NCBI GenBank assembly: GCA_045402695.1
Contig: JAWPNA010000286.1
Coordinates: forward strand, 1-37,738
DNA length: 37,738 nt
Direction of reading: 5' to 3'
Source: Acidobacteriota bacterium
GTDB taxonomy: Bacteria > Acidobacteriota > Polarisedimenticolia > JACPZX01 > DASXTC01
This document shows positions 27,733 to 35,502 of this stretch, piece after piece. The position numbers and the translations under genes were made by a program. The notes beneath the pieces were generated by a model. The model did not search any database. It saw only the letters and a program-made list of their open reading frames with translations, and was not told the origin of the DNA. Numbering within the stretch: the stretch's first letter is position 1; the number at the start of each line of letters is the position of its first letter.

Positions 27733-28026
27733 GACCAAAATCAAGTAGGGCGGCTGGATTCTACCATCTCATCAACCCATTTGTCCTGGCTACCAGACTA
27801 TTCCACCGGGCCGTTCACAACCAAAACAAGATGAACAAATATGAACATCCGTGCCGAGTCGCTTCTCTGCTCCGCGTAACACCTTGACTTCGGACGGGAT
27901 GGCTGTATAAATGAGAAAACCTGACAGAGGTTGCGATCCAAAACGCACGCGCCGCAGTAATGACGGGAGCAGGGACGGATCTCGTTCCAGATCCCTATCT
28001 GTGAACGAGAGGGGCAGGCCGGAGCG

Positions 28027-30786
28027 ATGGGTGATCCTCGAAAACCTCTGAATCCCAAGCATTTACAGGAGACCTCCCGGACGGTTTCCAAAATCCCGAC
28101 GGTCGGGATCATCATGGCGGTCATAGCCCTGAGCGCGGCGTGGCTGGGGGCCGTGGGCACCACGTGGTACGCGGATTCCCACACCTGCCCGGCCACCGGG
28201 GCGGGAACATTCGCGAGCCCCTACTGCAGGATCCAGGATGCCATCTGCGTCTCCGCCTCGGGGGATACGGTCCGCGCGCTCCCCGGAACCTACCCGGAGG
28301 CCATCAGGATGCGCCCGGGCGTGAGCCTCATCGCCAGCGACCCGAACGGCAACACGGATCCCAACGGACCCGCGACGCACACGATCAACTCGGCCGGCAA
28401 GCCCTGCAACAACTCCAACTTCTGTACTAAGAATACCGGCAGCCAGTGCAGCGTCGTCACGTTCGCGTCGGGGCACTCTCCGTCCACGACTCTGCAGGGT
28501 TTCACGATCACAGGCGGGGCGGGGACGTTCCTGGCCTCCGCGCCGGACCGGATATCCGGGGGCGGAATCTACGTTTTCAGCTCGCCGACGATCATCAACA
28601 ATGTCATCACCAACAACGTGCTGGTGGGGCCTCCCCAGGATCTCCGTGGAGCCGGGGTCTACGTCAGCGCGGGCGCGCCGGTCATCACCGGCAATACCAT
28701 CACGGGCAACCGCGCCGTGCCGCCTGCCGGCTCCAACAACAACACGACCTATGGCTACGGCGGGGGGGTCTGGGTCAGTTCGTTTTCCGCACCAACGGTG
28801 GTGGGTAACATCATCCAGAGCAACGTCGCGGGTGATCCCAACCTCGCCTTCTCCGTGGGCGAAGGGGGCGGTATCGTGATCTTTCGGGATCCTAACAACC
28901 CCACTCTCGTGACCGTGGACCGCAACTTCATCGCGGACAACTCAACCGACCTTCTGGGCGGTGGCATCAGCACGGAGGTCATCAGCAGCGGGGGTGGTCA
29001 GGTGGTGATCACCAACAACGTGATCGTGGGTAACACCGCCTCCAGCGGGGGCGGCGTCCAGGTCTACCTCACGAGGCTCAACTTCATCAACAACACCGTG
29101 ACGGGCAACACCGCATTCCTGGGCGGAGGGGTGAACCTCATGCGCGGGGATATCACCCTGCCGGTCAGTATTTCGAACAACATCATCGAGGGCAACCTGC
29201 TCCGGCAGTTCGGGGACGGCGGCGGGATTTACACGCACGACCTCAGCACAACCTCCGATCCCACCATCGATTACAACGATCTTTGGGGCAACACGAAAAA
29301 CCAGATCAGCGGTGATCGGACCGATGCCAATACCATCGGCGTGTCCGGAAACTTCTCTTCCGACCCGCGATTCGTGAACCGCGCTGCCCGCGACTTTCAC
29401 CTCGACCCCAATTCGCCCGCCATCGACCGGGCGCTGGCGTCCAAGGCACCGCCGGTGGATTTCGACAACCATGGCCGCGGGGTGGACGGCAACGGTATTC
29501 CCAACAACCCTCAGGCGGGAGACGTGGACGTGGGGGCCCTCGAGCTCCTTCCCGGCTGCATCACTTTTCCAAGCGAGGTCGGGAATGTGGAGGTTGCCGG
29601 CGCTTCACCCACCACGGTGACCTTCGACCTGCAAAGCATAGGGCCGGGCGCGCACTACGAGATGATCTCGGGACTCCTTTCGCGGCTCACGCAGATTGCC
29701 AGCTTCGAGGAGGATTTCTGTCTTATGCCCAATGCAACCGTTGGCTCGTACCAGGACTCGCGCCCCGCGCCTCCGCCTGGTGACGGGTGGTACTACCTCG
29801 TGCGCGCGGCCAACGGGTGCGGCGCGGGCACGTACGGTTCGCTGATGGCCGACTCCCCGCGATCCGCCGATGTCTGCCCTGGCGGAATCGTGGACCTCGA
29901 CTTCGACGGCTCGCCGTCGGACCTGGACTGCAACGAGGCCAATCCCGACATCTCGCCTCTACAGGCCGATCTGTGCAACGGGGTGGACGACAACTGCAAC
30001 ATCCAGGTGGATGAGGGCTTCGTGTCGCAGCCCACGACATGCGGCGTGGGAGCCTGCGCGAGCATCGGCGGCACGAGCTGTGTGTCCGGGGTTGTCGGCG
30101 ACAGTTGCGTGCCGGGAGCGCCAGGCCCCAGCGACACGACATGCAACGGTGTGGACGAGAACTGCAACGGCCAGGCCGACGAGCAGTTCACTCCGCAACC
30201 CACGACATGCGGCGTCGGGGTCTGCCAGAGCACGGGTGTTTCGACCTGCGCGGCGGGGGTGTCGGGCAGCACCTGCGTGCCGGGCACGCCTATGATCGAG
30301 ATCTGCGACAATCTCGATAACAACTGCGACGCCGCCGTTGATGAAGGCTTCGATGTCGGCGGAGCCTGCACCGGGCAGACGGGCACGTGCCAGGGCCCGG
30401 GCGCGAAGATCTGTGATCCCGAGGGATCCGGCTCCGCCATTTGCAACGCCTTCATCGCACTCTCCGTGGATCTGATGTCGGGCTCCCAGGTCTTTCTCTC
30501 CTGGACGCCGTTCTCCGGCGTGGCGGCCTACGATATCGTGCGAGGGGACCTCACGGCCCTGGGCACCAGCTCCGGCGACTTTACACTCTCCACCGACCAG
30601 TGCCTCGCGGACAATCTCGCGGCCACCTCGATGGGTGAGCCCAGCCTGCCGGCTCCCGGCAATGGCTACTGGTACCTCGCGAGAGGCAGCAGTTGCGGGT
30701 TCGACAGCTATGATGAAAGCGGCTCTCCCTCCCAGGTCGGCCCGCGCGGCTCGGAGATACAGGCCTCCGCCCTGGCCTGCCCGTAA
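28027..30786 (+). CDS. Large secreted/surface protein: right-handed beta-helix, Cys/Asp-rich MopE-related repeats and a duplicated Cys-containing domain
   Basis: Hydrophobic leader; GTFASPYCRIQDAI...GDTVRALPGTY start, Asn/Gly-rich GGGI/NNxIxGN coils, DPRFVN...DFHL...SPAID...DVGALE cap, CNGVDDNCNIQVDE-type repeats. Start uncertain (28027 or 28114). Confidence 0.85.
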   Translation: MGDPRKPLNPKHLQETSRTVSKIPTVGIIMAVIALSAAWLGAVGTTWYADSHTCPATGAGTFASPYCRIQDAICVSASGDTVRALPGTYPEAIRMRPGVSLIASDPNGNTDPNGPATHTINSAGKPCNNSNFCTKNTGSQCSVVTFASGHSPSTTLQGFTITGGAGTFLASAPDRISGGGIYVFSSPTIINNVITNNVLVGPPQDLRGAGVYVSAGAPVITGNTITGNRAVPPAGSNNNTTYGYGGGVWVSSFSAPTVVGNIIQSNVAGDPNLAFSVGEGGGIVIFRDPNNPTLVTVDRNFIADNSTDLLGGGISTEVISSGGGQVVITNNVIVGNTASSGGGVQVYLTRLNFINNTVTGNTAFLGGGVNLMRGDITLPVSISNNIIEGNLLRQFGDGGGIYTHDLSTTSDPTIDYNDLWGNTKNQISGDRTDANTIGVSGNFSSDPRFVNRAARDFHLDPNSPAIDRALASKAPPVDFDNHGRGVDGNGIPNNPQAGDVDVGALELLPGCITFPSEVGNVEVAGASPTTVTFDLQSIGPGAHYEMISGLLSRLTQIASFEEDFCLMPNATVGSYQDSRPAPPPGDGWYYLVRAANGCGAGTYGSLMADSPRSADVCPGGIVDLDFDGSPSDLDCNEANPDISPLQADLCNGVDDNCNIQVDEGFVSQPTTCGVGACASIGGTSCVSGVVGDSCVPGAPGPSDTTCNGVDENCNGQADEQFTPQPTTCGVGVCQSTGVSTCAAGVSGSTCVPGTPMIEICDNLDNNCDAAVDEGFDVGGACTGQTGTCQGPGAKICDPEGSGSAICNAFIALSVDLMSGSQVFLSWTPFSGVAAYDIVRGDLTALGTSSGDFTLSTDQCLADNLAATSMGEPSLPAPGNGYWYLARGSSCGFDSYDESGSPSQVGPRGSEIQASALACP

Positions 30787-30812
30787 CAGTCTCCTCCCTT
30801 GACTCACTCCTC

Positions 30813-30836
30813 GCCCGGATATAGCTATATCCGGGC
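30813..30836. promoter_or_regulatory. Perfect 24-bp palindrome upstream of the LysW-like gene
   Basis: GCCCGGATATAGCTATATCCGGGC equals its own reverse complement; TTGACT lies at 30799-30804. Confidence 0.6.
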
Positions 30837-30859
30837 CGCCAGACGACGGAGGTGCGCGC

Positions 30860-31018
30860 ATGGGGACCTGCCCTGAATGTGAGGAGAACTTTTACCTGGA
30901 GGAGGATGCGGAACCGGGGGACGTCACCCAGTGTCCCAAGTGCTCCATCCGCCTGGAGATCCTGAACACCCAGCCGGTGATGCTCGACTACGCCGCGGAG
31001 GAGGATCTCAGCAACTGA
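30860..31018 (+). CDS. LysW-like zinc-ribbon small protein (52 aa) lacking the EDWGE tail
   Basis: Manual translation MGTCPECEENFYLEEDAEPGDVTQCPKCSIRLEILNTQPVMLDYAAEEDLSN*, with GGAGGT SD 6 nt upstream. Two CPxC knuckles; shorter than any ORF in the track. Confidence 0.85.
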   Translation: MGTCPECEENFYLEEDAEPGDVTQCPKCSIRLEILNTQPVMLDYAAEEDLSN

Positions 31019-31120
31019 CCGCCACCTGGCGCGTTGAGGCCCATCCCCTGGGCTTTGCGGCGCTCACCCGACTCTTCCGAGGTTGCTGGCTCCCGCGCCA
31101 GGCCCTAGATTCCAGCCCTG

Positions 31121-32533
31121 ATGTCGGGCCCCTACGAGCGCATCGATCGATACGAGGTTCAGGAGGTCGTCGGCCGCGGAGCCATGGGAGTCGTGTACCG
31201 CGCCCGCGATCCGGTCATCGGGCGTGTTGTCGCCCTCAAGACGATTGAACTCCCCGACGAAATCCCCGGCGAGGAGCGAGCGGACTCCCTGGAGCGCTTC
31301 GCGCGCGAAGCCCGCGCCGCGGGCCTGCTCTCCCACCCGAACATCGTGACGATCTACGACGTAGGAAAAGCCGGAGGGGATGGCTCCTCCTACATCGCCA
31401 TGGAGTTCGTGGAAGGCCGCACGCTGCGGCAGATGGTCCCTCACGGCCAGCGGAAGCCATCCGAGGAGATTCTCCGGATAGCCTTGCAGGTGGCGCGCGC
31501 CCTCGACTACGCCCACCGGCGCGGGATCATCCACCGCGACGTCAAGCCCGCGAACATCCTGATCAGGGACGACGGCCTGGTGAAGCTGGCCGATTTCGGC
31601 GTTGCGCGTCTCGAGTCCTCTGAGTTGACGCGCACGGGCCAGTCGGTCGGCTCGCCGTCGTACGTGGCGCCCGAGATGCTGCTGGACCAGCCCGTTGATG
31701 GACGGGCCGACCTGTTCTCCCTGGGGGTCATCCTGTACGAGGTGCTGACCGGAGAGAAGCCCTTCAGGGGAGAGAACCTCGCGTCCTTGTATCGCCAGAT
31801 CCTCTCGGAGACGCCGGCGCTTCCCTCCACCAGGAATGCCGCGATTCCGAGGGAGTGGGACACCATCATCTTGAGGCTGCTGGAGAAGAAGCCCGAGGAC
31901 CGATATCCCGGCGCGGTGCATCTGATCGAGGACCTCAGGCGGCTCGAGAAGGGCGTGCCTTTGTGCTCCGAGCTGACGCCGTCTCTGGCCCAGGCCGAGC
32001 CGGTCCCCGACTGGTTGATCGAGCAGAGCGCGGGCGAAGGGCCGACGGCAGCAAGGCCCTCAACCGCCCCTGGCCTGGCCCCCCACCGGAGGGCGCTCCT
32101 GGCGCTGCTGACCGTGACAGGTTTCGCTCTGGCGATCATCAGCGTGACGATGCTCATCCGAGGCCGGGCTCCAGAGACGCCGGCCGCCGCGGCCACCACA
32201 GAGACACTGGTGGCCGTGGCGCCCACGGCGGAGCTCACCGTGCGCCTGGCCCACAGCCTGAAAGCGGGCCGCATCAGCGTCACCATGGACGGCAATCCGC
32301 TGATGGAGGAGGAGGTCAAGGGGGAGTGGTCGAAGATGAGGGTGCAAGGCACCCTGTCGCGCCAAGTCCGGATTCCGGCGGGCAAACATCTGTTCAAGGT
32401 GCTCGTGGATGACGGCGGTGACCGGGAGTGGACCGGCGCCACGACGCGAGAGGTGGAGGAGGGCTCCGGCCCGACTCTCTTCGTCGAGGTGAAGGGCTTC
32501 CTGAAGAAGAGCCTCGATCTGACCTGGTATTGA
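31121..32533 (+). CDS. Hanks-type Ser/Thr protein kinase with a TM helix and a small extracytoplasmic beta domain
   Basis: GRGAMGVV, VALK, HPNIV, HRDVKPAN, DFG, GSPSYVAPE and DLFSLG motifs; TM LLALLTVTGFALAIISVTMLI. Confidence 0.95.
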   Translation: MSGPYERIDRYEVQEVVGRGAMGVVYRARDPVIGRVVALKTIELPDEIPGEERADSLERFAREARAAGLLSHPNIVTIYDVGKAGGDGSSYIAMEFVEGRTLRQMVPHGQRKPSEEILRIALQVARALDYAHRRGIIHRDVKPANILIRDDGLVKLADFGVARLESSELTRTGQSVGSPSYVAPEMLLDQPVDGRADLFSLGVILYEVLTGEKPFRGENLASLYRQILSETPALPSTRNAAIPREWDTIILRLLEKKPEDRYPGAVHLIEDLRRLEKGVPLCSELTPSLAQAEPVPDWLIEQSAGEGPTAARPSTAPGLAPHRRALLALLTVTGFALAIISVTMLIRGRAPETPAAAATTETLVAVAPTAELTVRLAHSLKAGRISVTMDGNPLMEEEVKGEWSKMRVQGTLSRQVRIPAGKHLFKVLVDDGGDREWTGATTREVEEGSGPTLFVEVKGFLKKSLDLTWY

Positions 32534-32540
32534 GCTTCCG

Positions 32541-32846
32541 TTACTCCGACGGACCCCGTCGCTTCCTGACAGCGTCGATCTTCGCTTCCATCTCCTCCTC
32601 GATCCTGGCTCTCTCCCGCTGATACCCCTCCTCGACGATACGGACAGCCTCAGGGTCCCCCGAGCCACGGGCCTTGCGCATGTCGCCTTGATGCAGGATC
32701 TCCCGCTCCGCCAGCTTGGCCTTGTGGAATTGGCGTATGCGCGCGATTTCCTCTTTCTGCTTCTGCGTGAGCGTGAGCCCTGTCTCGCCGCGCTCGGCGT
32801 CCTTCCTCTGGAGCTTCTCCATCGCGATCTCGTATGAAGTCTTCAT
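32541..32846 (-). CDS. Small charged coiled-coil hypothetical protein
   Basis: MKTSYEIAMEKL... helical and E/K/R-rich. TATACT 7 nt upstream of ATG 32846 supports this start. Confidence 0.75.
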   Translation of the reverse strand: MKTSYEIAMEKLQRKDAERGETGLTLTQKQKEEIARIRQFHKAKLAEREILHQGDMRKARGSGDPEAVRIVEEGYQRERARIEEEMEAKIDAVRKRRGPSE

Positions 32847-32862
32847 GCGCATCAGTATACAG

Positions 32863-32900
32863 AAAACCCCCGCCCGCGGATCTGCTCAGCGGACGGGGGT
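32863..32900 (-). terminator. Rho-independent terminator after the 32917-34125 gene
   Basis: On the - strand ACCCCCGTCCGC...GCGGGCGGGGGT is followed by TTT(CT). Confidence 0.7.
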
Positions 32901-32916
32901 CGCGTAGGGCAGTACT

Positions 32917-34125
32917 TCATTCGGGCAGCGCCGCCACCATCTGACCGCCCTCGGCGGCGGGAAGCACCTCGTGCGGCGTCAGCCGCTGCAGGTGCACGGC
33001 GCTTCGCCGAAGCGCCTGAGTGTCCGGATAGACGATCCCGATCTTCGAGGGCTGGGCTTTACCCTCCACGATCGATCTCACCAGTCCGCCCGCGTACGCG
33101 CCCAGATTCCAGAACCCGGGCACGAATGAAAAGTTCTTCCCGGGGAGCGCCAACGATTGATCGGGCACCGCCAGGATGAGATTGCGGGAGGCCGCGAAGC
33201 GCGCCACCCTCTCGAAATTCCTCTCGTCGATCAGCCGCGGATCGAGCAGGAGCAGGAACGCGTCGATCTCCTCCTGTTCGAGCTGCAGCAGCGCTCTCTC
33301 GAACGCCTGCGGGTCATCGCCATAGGCGCGGGCAGTGACCAGTTCCAGTCCGGCGGCCTGCGCGTCGGCTTTCACCTGCTTCAGGCAGCGCCCCATCCGG
33401 CGTGGCTCGTAGATGGTCGCGATGCGGCGCGCCTCAGGGGCGACATGACGCAGATGAGCCATCTGCACGTCAAAGCCTCCGTTCAACGGCACGCCGCACA
33501 TGTTCCTGGTCGTGAGGTCGGAGTCGATGGGCGCGGGCACCATGCAGAAGACCACCGGCACGTCCTTGATGTGCCGCCTGGCCAGGCGCGCCGCCGTCTC
33601 GCCGATGGCCAGCACGGCGCTCGGGTGAGTCTCGAGCATGCCGGTCAGCTCTCGGACCGTCTCGGGGCCACGGTCACTCACCGCGAGGGTGGCGATACGG
33701 CCCGGCATCGCCGAGAGCGCTCCCTCGAGTGCAACCTGGTGGTAGGGCACCCCCTCCTCGATCAAGACGAGAATGTCATGATCTCCAGGGACGCGCAGAG
33801 CAAAGTCAACGGTGACGCTGCCGTCCCGCCGCGCTGTGTGCCCGATGTATTCGAGCGGCACGCGCCCTGCGGCGGTGGCCCTCAGCGTGAGGGGATAGTT
33901 GCCGTGAACTGCACGGAACCAGTAGCGCCCCTCCAGATCGGTGATCGATTGCAGAGTCCCCTGCATGCCGGGGCTCTGGAGCTGCACGATTGCGCCCACC
34001 AGCGGAACTCCCGTTTCATCAATCACCCGTCCGGAGACCAGTCCGACTTCCTGGAGAAGCGCCGGCATGGTCGCCGCAACGAGCACCACTGCCACTGCCA
34101 AAGCACGGTGCACGAAAGCGTACAT
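32917..34125 (-). CDS. Secreted fusion of a carboxypeptidase-regulatory-like domain and an ABC_sub_bind-type substrate-binding domain
   Basis: Signal peptide; SGRVIDETGVPLVGAIV...TDLEGRY N-domain; AVLAIGETAA...VPVVFCMV...RRIATIY...IDAFLLLLD C-domain. Confidence 0.75.
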   Translation of the reverse strand: MYAFVHRALAVAVVLVAATMPALLQEVGLVSGRVIDETGVPLVGAIVQLQSPGMQGTLQSITDLEGRYWFRAVHGNYPLTLRATAAGRVPLEYIGHTARRDGSVTVDFALRVPGDHDILVLIEEGVPYHQVALEGALSAMPGRIATLAVSDRGPETVRELTGMLETHPSAVLAIGETAARLARRHIKDVPVVFCMVPAPIDSDLTTRNMCGVPLNGGFDVQMAHLRHVAPEARRIATIYEPRRMGRCLKQVKADAQAAGLELVTARAYGDDPQAFERALLQLEQEEIDAFLLLLDPRLIDERNFERVARFAASRNLILAVPDQSLALPGKNFSFVPGFWNLGAYAGGLVRSIVEGKAQPSKIGIVYPDTQALRRSAVHLQRLTPHEVLPAAEGGQMVAALPE

Positions 34126-34318
34126 AGGCCCGCCTCCTCGGAAAAGGTTGACGATGATGGGAGCTGTGTGAGCCTGAGTCTGCCGTGAAGAAGGTGGTCA
34201 AGTCAAACATTTTTTGAACGATCTCGAACGAATGTGCACTTGTTCGGACAGTTCTGAAAGTTACTGTTCCTTGTCCTATCTGGCGGATTGCTTCTGATGC
34301 GGCTTCTGCCCTGAGGTT

Positions 34319-34738
34319 TCAGGCAGTGGCGCCGCAGCGCCCGAACACTTCTCTGAAGCGCGGCGGGATGGGGATCGGGAGGAAAGAGCTCATGTCGACT
34401 GCCACGACCGTCTGGCGGCTCTCGATGCAGCGGGCGCCGTCACCGCGGCGGACGGCGGTGAAGAGGATCTCCACGGAGCTGCGGCCCATGTGCGGGATGG
34501 TGAGTGTGACGGCCAACGTATCTCCGTAGCGGATCGGCTTGAGGAACTGCGTCTCCACCTTGACGGTGGGGAAGCCCACCTTCTCCTTGTCAAGGACCTC
34601 AGGGTACGGAGTGCCGGCGAACTCCTCGAAGAACTCCTCGAACGCGATGTGGAGGTAATGATAGAGGTTCGGATAGTAGGCGAGCCCCGCGTGATCGATG
34701 TCTCCGAACCGGACTTTGACGAGCGTCGTGTAGCTCAC
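34319..34738 (-). CDS. Acyl-CoA thioesterase (4HBT/YbgC hot-dog family)
   Basis: VRFGDIDHAGLAYYPN, FLKPIRYGD, GRSS and PIPIP. GTGA overlap with the upstream gene. Confidence 0.9.
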   Translation of the reverse strand: MSYTTLVKVRFGDIDHAGLAYYPNLYHYLHIAFEEFFEEFAGTPYPEVLDKEKVGFPTVKVETQFLKPIRYGDTLAVTLTIPHMGRSSVEILFTAVRRGDGARCIESRQTVVAVDMSSFLPIPIPPRFREVFGRCGATA

Positions 34739-35502
34739 GCGAGCGCCCCAAGCGCCTCAAGGACGGCGATCTCCACCATTGCCGCGAGCGCCTGGTAGGT
34801 GGACTCTCCCTCGGCGCGGGTGGCGGCGGATGGGCTTCCGAAGTAGGCGCTGGTGCCGCCCGCTTCCTTGAAGCTGGACGCGCCCTGTTTGATCGCCTGG
34901 CTCAGGCTGATGGGGACTGGCTGAAGACTCGCTCGTATCTCCTCTCTGACCAGATCAGGCGTGGCCGCGATCACCAGCGAGGTCTCGTACTGCCCTGCGT
35001 GGCACGCTCCCGAGCGGAACTCATCGGTGAGCGTGAGCGCCCAGCGGCGCTCGGTCACGTCGGGAAAGACGACGGGCTTGCCGGCGGCGGCCGTCACCTT
35101 CTCCGCGGCCTCGCGCAGCACCCTCAGGTGCTCCGGCTCCAGGTGGCTGTTGACGAGACAGACCATGCGGAAGCCTTGCGCCAGCGCGGCGTGGCAGATG
35201 TCGCAGATGAGCACCAGCGCCGTCGAACGCGACAGGCTGATGCCTCCTTTGAAGTCTCGTGCGAAATCGGTGACCGCATACGGGACCGCCGGCAGGACGA
35301 TCGGCTCCAGATCCCGCGCTGCCAGCAGGATGGCGGCCCGCCTGGCGGCCTCCACCGAGATGATCACGTCGGCCTCCAGCGGCAGGTGAGGGCCGTGCGG
35401 TTCCGTGGATCCGATGGGCAGCAATGCCACGGCTCTCGCGCTGGACACCGTGCGATCCACCTCCAGATAGGTGCGGGCGCCCAGGTCGCGCTCACGAGCC
35501 AT
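34735..35502 (-). CDS. Creatininase-family amidohydrolase
   Basis: LPIGSTEPHGPHLPLEAD, VNSH and HAGQYETS metal-binding motifs. Confidence 0.9.
   Translation of the reverse strand: MARERDLGARTYLEVDRTVSSARAVALLPIGSTEPHGPHLPLEADVIISVEAARRAAILLAARDLEPIVLPAVPYAVTDFARDFKGGISLSRSTALVLICDICHAALAQGFRMVCLVNSHLEPEHLRVLREAAEKVTAAAGKPVVFPDVTERRWALTLTDEFRSGACHAGQYETSLVIAATPDLVREEIRASLQPVPISLSQAIKQGASSFKEAGGTSAYFGSPSAATRAEGESTYQALAAMVEIAVLEALGALA

Noticed and set aside
27790-28196. Minus-strand ORFs in the divergent intergenic region
   Set aside because: No SD, atypical composition and overlap with the start of the large surface protein; the region looks regulatory.
31016-31110. Selenocysteine read-through of the LysW-like TGA (and of other TGA stops), prompted by selA
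   Set aside because: The read-through sequence is not protein-like, the TGA is not at a Cys-equivalent position, and I could not see a convincing SECIS.
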